This document shows, piece by piece, positions 19,655 through 31,100 of a stretch of DNA of 37,657 nt. The position numbers and the translations under genes were made by a program. The DNA lies in assembly GCA_038127595.1 (NCBI GenBank), contig JAYPIC010000015.1:1-37657 (forward strand), in the 5' to 3' direction. Numbering within the stretch: the first letter of the stretch is position 1; each line of letters opens with the position of its first letter. This DNA comes from a bacterium (GTDB taxonomy: Bacteria > Fidelibacterota > Marinisomatia > Marinisomatales > UBA1611). The notes beneath the pieces are model-generated. The model did not search any database, had not been told where the DNA came from, and saw nothing but the letters and a program-made list of their open reading frames with translations.

Positions 19655-20206
19655 ATGAAAAACAAAAAGATTAATATTCGATCTACTACAATTCTAGGCG
19701 TACGTTTAAAAGGAAAAGTTGCTGTTGCTGGAGATGGCCAAGTAACCCTTGGTGATATGGCGATGAAGCAAAAAGCAGTAAAAGTTCGAAAGTTTGAAAG
19801 CTCTAAAGGCGGAGTCGTAGGTGGCTTTGCAGGTGCTGCAGCTGATGCTCTTACGCTATTTGAAAAGTTTGAACAAAAGCTAGATGAATATGAAGGAGAT
19901 TTAAAAAGGTCAGTTGTCGAAATGGCAAAGGATTGGAGAATGGATAAAATGCTTCGTCATCTGGAGGCATTACTTTTGGTAATGGATAAAAAAAATAGTT
20001 TTATCATTGCAGGAGATGGCAATGTAATAGAACCAGATGGACCTGTACTTTCTATAGGCTCTGGTGGTGGCTTTGCTCAAGCAGCTGCTCTAGCTTTTCA
20101 TCAGTCCGGGAAATACTCAGCGAAACAAGTTGCTGAAAAATCATTAAAGATCGCAGCGGATCTTTGTATATACACAAATGATTCAATTACAGTTTTAGAA
20201 ATCTAA
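19655..20206 (+). CDS. hslV: ATP-dependent protease subunit HslV
   Basis: STTIL...AGDGQVTLG, GFAGAAADA, IGSGG, AADLCIYTN. Confidence 0.96.
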   Translation: MKNKKINIRSTTILGVRLKGKVAVAGDGQVTLGDMAMKQKAVKVRKFESSKGGVVGGFAGAAADALTLFEKFEQKLDEYEGDLKRSVVEMAKDWRMDKMLRHLEALLLVMDKKNSFIIAGDGNVIEPDGPVLSIGSGGGFAQAAALAFHQSGKYSAKQVAEKSLKIAADLCIYTNDSITVLEI

Positions 20207-21546
20207 TGAAAGAATTAACACCTAAGCAGATCGTTAAAGAACTTGATAAATATATTATAGGGCAATCAAAAGCAAAAAAAGCTGTTGCAATTGCAATGAG
20301 AAACAGATGGAGGAGACAACAGGTTTCTGGTTATATGCGTGATGAAATAATGCCAAATAATATTATTATGATAGGTTCAACAGGAGTAGGAAAAACTGAA
20401 ATTTCAAGAAGATTAGCAGCGTTAACAAGTGCTCCTTTTGTTAAAGTTGAGGCCAGTAAATTTACCGAGGTCGGTTATGTAGGAAGAGACGTTGAGTCCA
20501 TGATAAGAGATTTGATGGATACATCCTTTAATATGGTACAAAGAGAGAAAGAAGAAGAAGTAATTGAGTTAGCTGAAAGTCTAGCCAATGAAAGAATTAT
20601 AGATATTCTTTTTCCAGAAAATAAAAAAAATGATTCTTCGTTATCTGAAGAGTCAAAAGAGAGAAGTTCGAGAACAAGAAGTAAATTAAGGAAAAAATTA
20701 GAAAATGGAGATTTTGAGGATACGATAATTGAAATTGAGATTGAGCAAGAAACATTTTCAGGTATGCAAGTATTAGGTCCCATAGGAATGGATGATCTTG
20801 GTATGAATATTAAAGATATGTTAAGTAACGCTATACCTAAATCAAAAAAACCGAGAAAAATGCCAGTATCAGAGGCTCGAGAAGTCCTCATTGATGCTGA
20901 AGCTCAAAAATTAATTGATAATGATGAGGTAATTAGGATAGCTAAAGATAGAGCTGAAAATAATGGGATAATATTCATAGACGAGATTGATAAAGTTGTA
21001 AATGGAAGTGCAGGGCAAGGTCCTGATGTAAGCAGAGAAGGAGTGCAAAGAGACTTATTACCAATTGTTGAAGGCAGTAATGTAAATACTAAATATGGAG
21101 TGGTGTCTACAGACCATATTCTTTTCATTGCGGCTGGAGCCTTTCATATAAGTACGCCATCTGAAATGATTCCTGAGCTTCAAGGACGTTTCCCAATTCG
21201 AGTCGAATTAGATAAATTAAAAACCAAAGATTTTATTAAAATATTAACCCATCCTAAATCAGCATTAATTAAACAATATGTTGCTTTGCTTGAAGCTGAG
21301 GGAGTCTCTCTAGAGTTCGACCCATCATCCATCAAAGCCATTTCAGAACTAGCGACTGAGGTCAATACTAAGACTGAGAATATCGGTGCGAGAAGGTTAC
21401 ATACAATTATGACGACTTTGCTGGAACAACCATTATTTGAACATCCAAAAAAAGGTCAAAAAAAATTAAAGATTACTGCAAAGTATGTTAAGGAAGCTCT
21501 CGGGGATATTGTTTTTGATGAAGATTTAAGCAGGTATATTTTATAA
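20206..21546 (+). CDS. hslU: ATP-dependent protease ATPase HslU
   Basis: LTPKQIVKELD, GSTGVGKTE, KVEASKFTEVGYVGRDVESM, FIDEIDK, ELQGRFPIRVEL, C-terminal DLSRYIL. Confidence 0.97.
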   Translation: MKELTPKQIVKELDKYIIGQSKAKKAVAIAMRNRWRRQQVSGYMRDEIMPNNIIMIGSTGVGKTEISRRLAALTSAPFVKVEASKFTEVGYVGRDVESMIRDLMDTSFNMVQREKEEEVIELAESLANERIIDILFPENKKNDSSLSEESKERSSRTRSKLRKKLENGDFEDTIIEIEIEQETFSGMQVLGPIGMDDLGMNIKDMLSNAIPKSKKPRKMPVSEAREVLIDAEAQKLIDNDEVIRIAKDRAENNGIIFIDEIDKVVNGSAGQGPDVSREGVQRDLLPIVEGSNVNTKYGVVSTDHILFIAAGAFHISTPSEMIPELQGRFPIRVELDKLKTKDFIKILTHPKSALIKQYVALLEAEGVSLEFDPSSIKAISELATEVNTKTENIGARRLHTIMTTLLEQPLFEHPKKGQKKLKITAKYVKEALGDIVFDEDLSRYIL

Positions 21547-22473
<927 letters not shown>

Positions 22474-22498
22474 TTTTTTAGAAATAAATGGGTGTTGA

Positions 22499-25045
22499 TC
22501 AATAATCCATATCCATTCCACCGCCACTTCTTCCACCACCAAAGTTACGTCGATTCCATTTCTTCTTCTGTTGTTTGCCAAAGTTATAATTAATGTTTAT
22601 CGACATATAACGTTGACTTCGACGTCTTTCAGCATCCATTAATTGAATATATGTTTCCTGAGAGATTGGGTTTGTTATTACATTTTCAGTATTGATGACA
22701 AATTTCTTGCTGTCAAAGATATCATCAAATTTTAACGTTATAGATAGTTTATTATTTAAAAATGATTTCTGCAGTCCCAGATCAGCACTAAAATTTCCTG
22801 GGCTACCACCTGTAGTAAACTTCATATCCCCTCTACCACCCATTGATAATTCCATCCTAGCAATTCGAGGTAAGTTTAATGTGATCATACTTCTGTAATA
22901 GGCACCATTTGAATCGCCATTAAGGTCAGACTCGCCATTTCCATAGGTCCTATTATTCCAAGACCACCTTGAAAGCATTAGGCTTACAAGAGGAATCGGT
23001 CTGTAGACAATTACTAAGCTACTACCAATGCTTTCCGAGTTTTCAGAGTTATCTGCTGTTAAAATTTCATAGACATCTCCCTGAAATTCAACCATATCTC
23101 TGTCCCACCACATGATATTATCTTTAATAAGTTTATATGATAGTCCGGCGTTAAAATTTAATTTTCTTGTATTACTAGAATATTTTAGTTCTGCCACATC
23201 GCTGTATTCCGGGTCTAAATATGGATTGCCATTTCTTATTCTGGTTATATCGTACGTATTTCTAGGAAAAGGGCTTATTGTTCTTCTCCCTGGTCTATTA
23301 ACTTTTTGTGAATAACCAAATTGAATAGTCTGCATTGGAGATACCTTATAAATCAAAAAGAGGCTTGGGTAGATTTTTGAATATGGTTTTTCATAAGGGG
23401 ATAGCTCAACAGCATTATCAATAATAGTAGAAATTATGTTTATGCTATCGGGAGCTGTGTTTGAAGAACTGGGCTCAAGAGATGCATTTGTCTCAACTTG
23501 TTCATAACGTGCTCCGGCTTTGATACCAAATTGATCTGTAATATCATAAGTGGTACTAATGTATCCTGCATATATATCTTCGCTATAATCATTAATATAA
23601 AGCTGATTTAAGTATGTATAATCTGTAGAAAATGATTTCAATGTTGTCTTGAAACCCGTTTCAATTGATAGTTTATCGCTTAATCCATCTTCATAATCAA
23701 GTCTAAAAGTTTGACTGTTATTTTTTTCTTTAAAATCTGTATCAGTGCTTCCAGAATTATAATCATCTATTATTGAGCTGTTTTCAATATTGTACTGCGT
23801 AACGTCATCTTCTTCAAAATTAATATCAATCCCTGCAGATAATTTTCTATCCTTGGTACCAAAGTTGTTCTCGTATGAGAATGAATGATCATGATGGTTG
23901 CCTAAATCTTCAGATTTTGATTTTGAAAGTCTAGAAAATGGTTCATAAAATTCTAATTCTTCTTTTGTTGTTTCTGTGTGATCATTGAAACTGTAAGTAT
24001 AAGAAAAAGTACTACTTTTGCTGGGATAATAATCTCCCCCCATCCTTAATCCAACATTAGCAGGATTTTTTGTCCTCATAGTATTTTGCTTTAATGATGC
24101 ACTACTATCACTATAATTGTAGGTAAAATTCCTGTATCCTTTTCCTATGTTATTTCCAGATTGAGAGCTTGCGCCTGCAAATACATTCCACTTATTTTGT
24201 CTGTAATTTACATTCCCATTTAAATTTCTCTTTTCATATTCCCCAGCCATACCAGATACACTACCATTAAGACCATCAAAAGAGCCTCTTTTCATTACAA
24301 TGTTTATAATACCTCCTACACCATCTGGATCATATTTTGCTGATGGGTTTGTTATTACTTCAACTTTTTCTACCATGCTAACCTGGATATTGTCAACGAC
24401 TCCCCGTCTATTTGAGCCAGTAAGTCCAGAGCGTTTTCCATCAATTAAAATAGTAACATTAGCATCTCCCGCAATTGATACTTCACCATCAATATTTACA
24501 TCAACTGTTGGAACTTTTCTTAAAAGGTCAAACCCAGTCCCTCCAGCAGCAGTCAGGTTTTTACCCACTTTAAATACTTGTTTATCGACAGTCTGTATGA
24601 ATTGACTTTCATCTCCCACAACTTCTATAGCATCAAGATTAACACTGGAAACTTTCAAAGGGATTTCGCCTAAAAAATGTTTAATTTTTCCTTTACCTCC
24701 AGTCATTTGACCTGGGAAAATATTTATAGGGCCAATTTCTTTTTTGGAATAACCAATGAATTCTATAACCACTATGTATTCCCCTAAGGGTATTTCAGAT
24801 ATGTTGAAACTTCCATTTTTATCTGAAAGGCCGCCAGTGACAACATCTCCATCATGGTTATCAATCATAGAAATAGATGCATATTCGATAGGAGCGCCAG
24901 AGGTAGAATCTGTTACAGAACCTTGCACTACTCCTATGGCAGGCATCTTTGGTTTTTTATCATGACCCTCATGCCCAAATAGGTTCTGTATCAGAAAAAT
25001 AGTATATACTGATAGAAATATCAGTCTCTTAAAGCTTTTTACCAT
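22499..25045 (-). CDS. TonB-dependent receptor-like outer membrane beta-barrel protein with an N-terminal carboxypeptidase-regulatory-like domain
   Basis: Signal peptide, GSVTDSTSGAPIEYASI, plug (LLRKVPTV, VEVITNPSAKYDPDGVGGIINIV), barrel (GNPYLDPEY, YNFG). Confidence 0.88.
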   Translation of the reverse strand: MVKSFKRLIFLSVYTIFLIQNLFGHEGHDKKPKMPAIGVVQGSVTDSTSGAPIEYASISMIDNHDGDVVTGGLSDKNGSFNISEIPLGEYIVVIEFIGYSKKEIGPINIFPGQMTGGKGKIKHFLGEIPLKVSSVNLDAIEVVGDESQFIQTVDKQVFKVGKNLTAAGGTGFDLLRKVPTVDVNIDGEVSIAGDANVTILIDGKRSGLTGSNRRGVVDNIQVSMVEKVEVITNPSAKYDPDGVGGIINIVMKRGSFDGLNGSVSGMAGEYEKRNLNGNVNYRQNKWNVFAGASSQSGNNIGKGYRNFTYNYSDSSASLKQNTMRTKNPANVGLRMGGDYYPSKSSTFSYTYSFNDHTETTKEELEFYEPFSRLSKSKSEDLGNHHDHSFSYENNFGTKDRKLSAGIDINFEEDDVTQYNIENSSIIDDYNSGSTDTDFKEKNNSQTFRLDYEDGLSDKLSIETGFKTTLKSFSTDYTYLNQLYINDYSEDIYAGYISTTYDITDQFGIKAGARYEQVETNASLEPSSSNTAPDSINIISTIIDNAVELSPYEKPYSKIYPSLFLIYKVSPMQTIQFGYSQKVNRPGRRTISPFPRNTYDITRIRNGNPYLDPEYSDVAELKYSSNTRKLNFNAGLSYKLIKDNIMWWDRDMVEFQGDVYEILTADNSENSESIGSSLVIVYRPIPLVSLMLSRWSWNNRTYGNGESDLNGDSNGAYYRSMITLNLPRIARMELSMGGRGDMKFTTGGSPGNFSADLGLQKSFLNNKLSITLKFDDIFDSKKFVINTENVITNPISQETYIQLMDAERRRSQRYMSININYNFGKQQKKKWNRRNFGGGRSGGGMDMDY

Positions 25046-25070
25046 AATGGTTTCCTGTATAATGTTATGA

Positions 25071-25097
25071 TTAGACTCAAAAAACGAGCGAAAGTTA
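25071..25097 (-). promoter_or_regulatory. Candidate ECF (sigmaE-like) promoter for the TonB-dependent receptor
   Basis: The minus strand reads TAACTT-N16-TCTAA (GTCTAA), 25 nt upstream of the ATG. An AGGA RBS follows. Confidence 0.5.
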
Positions 25098-25103
25098 AAT
25101 ATT

Positions 25104-26189
25104 TTATTCAGTAGTATTCCAATGAATATCCATTGTGTGGTATTGGACTTTTCTACGGTTTTTGATTTTCACTGGGAAGTTGTATGTTGCTGTTTGACCT
25201 GGTTCAAGAGCAGTATCTGCAATTACGCCAGAATCATACATTATTCTGGACCCTTTTACAAAAACAGAATCTTGCCCAGCAGGTTTTGTTGTTTGGGTAA
25301 ATAAGTTAGATACTACTCTAACAAAGTCGGCTCTTTTTTGTCCAACATTTTTTATCCTGCCTGAAAATTCATGCCTATCAGGGTAGATATTTACAAAAGG
25401 GTCTCCAAGAAAAATTACTTTTGGCTCTGGCTCTACATGTTTATTACGCCTGATTACCATTTCTTTTTTTAGTACTAATTGTCCAATTTGAGTTTTTAAA
25501 ACTAGAGATGAATCTGTCTCACTAAGTATATCACCCATAACAACTGTGCCATTCTTTAATTCTATTCTGTATTGAAACTCAGGAACTTTTATCAGGTCTA
25601 AAATTTCTTTGCTTATATTTGGCATGGTTTGTTTTTTTTCGAAAGCAGTTACAATACTTTTAAGGGAGTCAATTTGATTTTTAAGTTCTCTTAAGTTGGA
25701 TTCATACTCGAAGAATTGGTCCTCAAATTCTAATCTATCTACTTGATCATATGGTCTCAATTGAGGCAAAAGGTCATTTTTATTTTCAGTTTTTAGTGGA
25801 GTATTTAATGTTTGCAAGTTAGGTTCATCTAAAATTTCAGTCTCTTGTGATAACTGTTCTTGGGGCTCTTCTACGCTTTTTATTGTGATTATAAAATCCT
25901 CAACATCATCATCCATAACTGATATAGGTTTTGATTCAATATTATCCCCGGTGAAGTTAATGATATATTTGCCGCTGCTAATTTTCTTAAGTTTAAATTT
26001 TCCTTTCCTACTTACTTTTGTTTTGTCAACTTCTTCTCCGTTTGACTCTTTTACTAAAGTGATTAACCCTTTTTTTATTGGATCCCCATCTTCACTTTGT
26101 ACAGCGCCCGAAATAGTGTAATTAGCAAATATAATATTGCATAATGACATATAAACCACTGACAAAGATATAATGAGTTTTTTATTCAT
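25104..26189 (-). CDS. Exported multidomain hypothetical protein (carboxypeptidase-regulatory-like, coiled coil, small beta domain, FxLYD-like Ig domain)
   Basis: Signal peptide; ISGAVQSEDGDPI...GKFKL..I..GKY; LRELKNQIDSLK; IELKNGTVVMGDIL; FSGRIKNVG...LEPGQTATY. Confidence 0.65.
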   Translation of the reverse strand: MNKKLIISLSVVYMSLCNIIFANYTISGAVQSEDGDPIKKGLITLVKESNGEEVDKTKVSRKGKFKLKKISSGKYIINFTGDNIESKPISVMDDDVEDFIITIKSVEEPQEQLSQETEILDEPNLQTLNTPLKTENKNDLLPQLRPYDQVDRLEFEDQFFEYESNLRELKNQIDSLKSIVTAFEKKQTMPNISKEILDLIKVPEFQYRIELKNGTVVMGDILSETDSSLVLKTQIGQLVLKKEMVIRRNKHVEPEPKVIFLGDPFVNIYPDRHEFSGRIKNVGQKRADFVRVVSNLFTQTTKPAGQDSVFVKGSRIMYDSGVIADTALEPGQTATYNFPVKIKNRRKVQYHTMDIHWNTTE

Positions 26190-27318
26190 GCTCCCTCTTG
26201 CTAAAGCTTGCCTTATGTGCCATTCTTCTAACTTGTTCCGCCCATATTTTTTCTTCCCCCAGCATATAGACCATATCTAAAATATTATCATAGTAAACAT
26301 AATTTTCTCTTTTTTCAAGAATTGGTAATATTTTAGGGATTACACGTGGGTCTTTAAACGCACCTAGATTATCAATCGCTTTCTTTCTAATGTCTATAGG
26401 ATAATCTTCACTACTAGCTATTTCAACAACTGCAAGTTTTACTTCAGGCTCGTTAAACTCTCCTAGAGCAGAGAGCATTGTATTAAGTAGGGTATAATAT
26501 TGGCTTTTGCCTGTGTTGTAAGTATTTAATAGTGCAAGAATTAAGTTTTCCTGTTTTACTCCGGCCATTGTATTTATGGCAAACTCACGAACTTCTAAAT
26601 TTGTATTTGGATCACCTAATAGTTCCGCAAAAGCAGTGGCAACATCTTCAGGACTTTTCTTTCCTAAAATTTGTACTGCTTTATTTCTTATCCCTAACCT
26701 GACATTGGGGTCTTTAGCAATTGCTGTTAATACAGGAATAACTTGATCGCTGCCAAGTGCCCCTAATTGTTTTGTTAGCATTCCCTCGGTTCTGCTCATA
26801 TTTGTCTTTGCAATTTCATAAAGGTCCAATAATCCAAGTACTTGGTCTTTTGTTCTAACCTTATGAAGATTTTCTGTAATTGTTAGATGAAGGTTGTTTG
26901 TCCTGTCTTCAAGAATGTGTGCGCTTTCAAGTAAAGCTGAACTTGCTTTGGGGTTTTCTCTAAAAAGAGCTAACATCTCTATTGATGCTTTTAGAAGAGA
27001 AAAATCAACAGCACTCGTTGTTTCAACCATCTCTGCAATGGCATTTAATGCCATGGGATGTTGAGTATTTGCTAACATTCTTCCTGCTTCTATTCTTGCT
27101 TTTATATGCTGATTTTCATCAGTGTAAATTTGTATCATTTCCTCTAGAGCTTGTATATCTCCATCTTGATATGCACTTCGAAGTTTTTGAATATTATTGA
27201 GAAAGTTTGGGTCATCAGGGTCAATAATGGATTTTCCTCCAAAAAAATTTTTGACTGTAGCACAACCTTGAAATAAAGTTAGATAGCAAAGTATGATTAA
27301 TAAGTTTTTACGCATCAT
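26182..27318 (-). CDS. HEAT-repeat lipoprotein
   Basis: Lipobox LFQGC, and repeated HEAT-like units (IRNKAVQILG, VREFAINTMA, IRKKAIDNLG). Confidence 0.75.
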   Translation of the reverse strand: MMRKNLLIILCYLTLFQGCATVKNFFGGKSIIDPDDPNFLNNIQKLRSAYQDGDIQALEEMIQIYTDENQHIKARIEAGRMLANTQHPMALNAIAEMVETTSAVDFSLLKASIEMLALFRENPKASSALLESAHILEDRTNNLHLTITENLHKVRTKDQVLGLLDLYEIAKTNMSRTEGMLTKQLGALGSDQVIPVLTAIAKDPNVRLGIRNKAVQILGKKSPEDVATAFAELLGDPNTNLEVREFAINTMAGVKQENLILALLNTYNTGKSQYYTLLNTMLSALGEFNEPEVKLAVVEIASSEDYPIDIRKKAIDNLGAFKDPRVIPKILPILEKRENYVYYDNILDMVYMLGEEKIWAEQVRRMAHKASFSKREHE

Positions 27319-28048
27319 TTTCCCATTGATGTAGTGTTAATTCTTTCCCATCAAAAACTGCATATGAAGGATCATCTTGCCAGTCACCTAAAACAGCTAG
27401 TTTACCTTTTTCTACATCAATTATTTCATTTAAATGATAATGACCGCAGACCATGTAATCAAATCCTTTTTGGAAATGAGTTAATGCGTATTTTTTTAAT
27501 TCATTCCTGATTTTTTCTCTAACTTCCTCTGGCAGTTCAGGATGATTCTCTGTTCTTGATACTTTTCGAGCTATCTTATAAGCAAGCGTAGGGTGTAATA
27601 ATCGGAAACACCATATGAAAAAAGGGGAGCGGATTATTTTCTTTAAAATTCTGTATCCATAGTCCCAACTTAAAACTCCATCGCCATGAGTAATGTAAAA
27701 ATTTTTCCCTCTTAATGAAAAGGTTGTATCATCGAAATAAGTATGGTTCATTAATTTTTTTTTCATGAAATCCAGAACCCAATAATCGTGATTGCCAGCG
27801 ATAAATCTCAAGTCAACTCCTGCTTTTTTAAGTTGAAAAGCCTTATTGTAAAAATCAAAATATGATTTAGGTATAACATCAGGGTATTCAAAATAAAAAT
27901 CAAACAAATCACCTACAAAAAAAAGTGTGCCCCTTGTAGTCCTTACAAAATTTAAAAATCGATATAAAGACTCTCTTTTAGCACTTTCATCTGAAGACTC
28001 ATCTAACATCAGGTGGATATCTGAAATGAAATATATTGGCAATTGCAT
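27308..28048 (-). CDS. lpxH: UDP-2,3-diacylglucosamine hydrolase-like metallophosphoesterase
   Basis: FISDIHL, GDLFD, GNHD, THGD, GHYH, LGDW. Confidence 0.8.
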   Translation of the reverse strand: MQLPIYFISDIHLMLDESSDESAKRESLYRFLNFVRTTRGTLFFVGDLFDFYFEYPDVIPKSYFDFYNKAFQLKKAGVDLRFIAGNHDYWVLDFMKKKLMNHTYFDDTTFSLRGKNFYITHGDGVLSWDYGYRILKKIIRSPFFIWCFRLLHPTLAYKIARKVSRTENHPELPEEVREKIRNELKKYALTHFQKGFDYMVCGHYHLNEIIDVEKGKLAVLGDWQDDPSYAVFDGKELTLHQWENDA

Positions 28049-28125
28049 GGTTTTAAAATATCTTTTTAAGTATACTAATTATAAGAGTAGTAAATTTAAC
28101 AATAAAATATACTTTTCAGGACATA

Positions 28126-28155
28126 TTGACAATATCTTGAGTTTTTTGTTAAAGT
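28126..28155 (+). promoter_or_regulatory. Candidate sigma70 promoter for the Omp85-fusion gene
   Basis: TTGACA (28126-28131), N18, TAAAGT (28150-28155), with an extended -10 TG at 28147-28148. Confidence 0.45.
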
Positions 28156-28192
28156 AAGAAACATTGCTTTCATTTATTTCGTTATAAAGAAG

Positions 28193-31100
28193 ATGATTAT
28201 ATCTAAATACATACTTTTTGCTATTGCAATTCTATCTAGTTCCTTTGGACAATCCTTTGGAAAAAACAAGGTGCAATATAGGGATTTTGATTGGTCTTAT
28301 ATCCAGACTCCCAATTTTGATATATATTTTTATGGCGATAATCAAGACCTTGCAGAATTCACTTCAAAAGTATCTGAGGAAGCATACAAACAGATATCTA
28401 CTCATCTTGCATGGGATTTAAAAAACAGGGTATCAATTCTAGTATATAATTCTCACAATGAATTCCAACAAACAAATGTTGTGGGTGTATACATGTCAGA
28501 GGGAATAGGTGGAGTAACCGAGCTATTTAAAAATAGAGTGGTTTTCCCATTTGACGGAGATTTTGAACAATTTAGACACGTTATTCATCATGAGCTTGTT
28601 CATGCAATGCTTAATGATATGGTTTACGGAGGTACTGCTCAAAACATGGTTGCTAGTCGAACTCGTGTGAGAATTCCCTTATGGGCAAATGAGGGTCTGG
28701 CAGAATTTTTAAGCTCAAACTGGGATACAAAGGCAGATATGATTTTGCGTGACATAGCAGTTCATGAAAGAATTCCTACCGTTAATGAGTTGAATTATTT
28801 CATGGCATACAAAGGAGGGCAATCGCTTTGGAGATTCATTGCAGGAAAATATGGAAGAGAAAAAGTCGGTGAGGTTTTTCGCTCGATGAAAAAAACTCAA
28901 AGTGCTGAAAAAGGGTATCAGCTGGCTCTTGGCATGAAATGGGATGAATTATCTGATCAATGGCATAAATACTTAAAAAAAGAATATTGGCCAGATATTG
29001 CAAATAGAGATCCTTTGGAAGATATGTCTGAACAGTTAACTGATCACAAAAAAAATAGGAATTTTTATAATGTGTCCCCATCACTGTCTCCAGATGGTAG
29101 CACAGTAGCTTTATTATCAGATAGATCTGGTTATTTCGATGTTTATCTTTTGGATGCTGCGACAGGTAAGAAAAAAGCTACTTTAGTGCAAGGTAGTCGC
29201 TCTGTTAATTTTGAGGAACTTAAATGGTTACAGCCTGGGTTATCTTGGTCCCCAGATGGAGAAAAAATTGTGCTAGCAACAAAAGCCGGTTCTTCTGATG
29301 CACTTCAAATAATTGATGTAAAAACTAAAAAAGCAAAAAAAATTCCTATAGCTTTGGATGGAGTATTTTCTGCAGCTTGGAGCCCTAATGGTAATGATAT
29401 CGCTTTTGCTGGCAATCACAATGGCTCCAGTGATATATACATTTATAATTTTAAATCAGAGAACTTTAAAAAGATAACTAATGATATTTTTTCTGATTCA
29501 TATCCGTCATGGAATGGCAATAGCGAGGAGATCGCATTTGTTTCTGATCGTGGCAAACATGTTGATGGTAAGTATGATGGTAGAATTGAAGATCATAACT
29601 ATAGTCAGACAGATATTTATGTAGTAAATATTAAAAGTGGCAAAATCAAAAGAGTCACTGACACGCCTGATAATGAGAGCTATCCAATTTGGGCAAATTC
29701 TGAAAGAACATTATTTTATACTTCAGACTATAATGGTGTTTTCAACCTCTATAAACATGCTTTGGTTGAAGACCAAAATTCTGATTCTAAATTTGTAAAT
29801 AATTCATATGCTGTAACAAATGTTTTGACAGGTCTGCAACAGCCAACAATTTCTAAAGATGATAACTCGATAATTTTTGCGGGATATTCGGGCATTGGTT
29901 GGGACCTATATAGCTTAAATAATCCACTTGGCATTGCTGCCAAGCAAATTGCCCCAACACAGTTTATTAAAACTAGAGATAGTGAAGATATGTCTGTAGC
30001 AGACATTCGAGACACTGATAAAATTGAAAGAATAGATTTGAATACAAATTCATCATATTCTAAATGGGTATTTGCTCAGGGATATGATAATTATAATTAT
30101 TCTATGGATACCAAAGGCTCGAAACAAGAGAAGGTTGTTAAGGACACGTTAGTTAATGGAGTTCACGTTCCAAAACCCTACAAAACGCGATTCACATTAG
30201 ATATGGTAAGTGGGAATTTGCAGATTAGCAATGTGTTTGGAGCAACCGGAATGACTTATTTTGCATTTAGTGACATTCTAGGAAATCACCAGATTCAATT
30301 TGGAACAGAAATGGTTCTAACTCTAGAAGATAGCGATTATTTTTTATCATACGGTTATCTAAAAAACAAGACTGATTATTATTTTGTAGGTTTTCAAAAT
30401 GCAGATTTTTTTCAGGCTGGATATTATTCTCTTGGGCGCTTAAGACATTATGGGTTACAATCTTACATTTCTCATCCTTTTAGCAGATTTCAAAGGGTTG
30501 ATTTTGGGCTTACTTGGCATAATATTAGTTATGATATTCTTGATAGGATGATAAATACATTTGGGCAGGAAGAGCTGGTTAAAAGACCTGGTTCATCCAC
30601 AAAATTCACTACAATATTACCTAGAGCTAGCTGGATATATGACAATTCAATTTTCGGTTTCACTGGACCAATCGATGGGTATCGCCAGAATGTTTCTATC
30701 ACTGCTAGTCCTGGTTGGAATACAGATTTCAAGTTTCAAACAGTAAAATTAGATGCTAGAAAATATTGGAGATTTGGTCGCGACTACACGCTCGCTGTAA
30801 GAGGGTTTTTCGGGAGTAGCCAGGGTAAAAATGCTCAGAAATTTTTTCTGGGGGGCATACCATACTTGCTTACAGACTTTCAAAGTGGTACAACAAATGG
30901 AGTTAGTGATCCTTCGGCGTATAGAAGTGTAATTACAGATACATCTAACTCAAATTTAATTACGGATGTATATTTTACAGAATATGCGTTCCCAATGAGG
31001 GGTGCTCGATTTGCAGAACGAATAGGTACATATGCTTCATTATTTAATTTTGAAGTTAGATTTCCATTCATTAATTATCTTGCACTAGGCTTTCCTTTAA

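Noticed and set aside
22474..22498. Terminators between convergent genes (also 2397-2416 and 36876-36878)
   Set aside because: No stable hairpin is visible in these short gaps.
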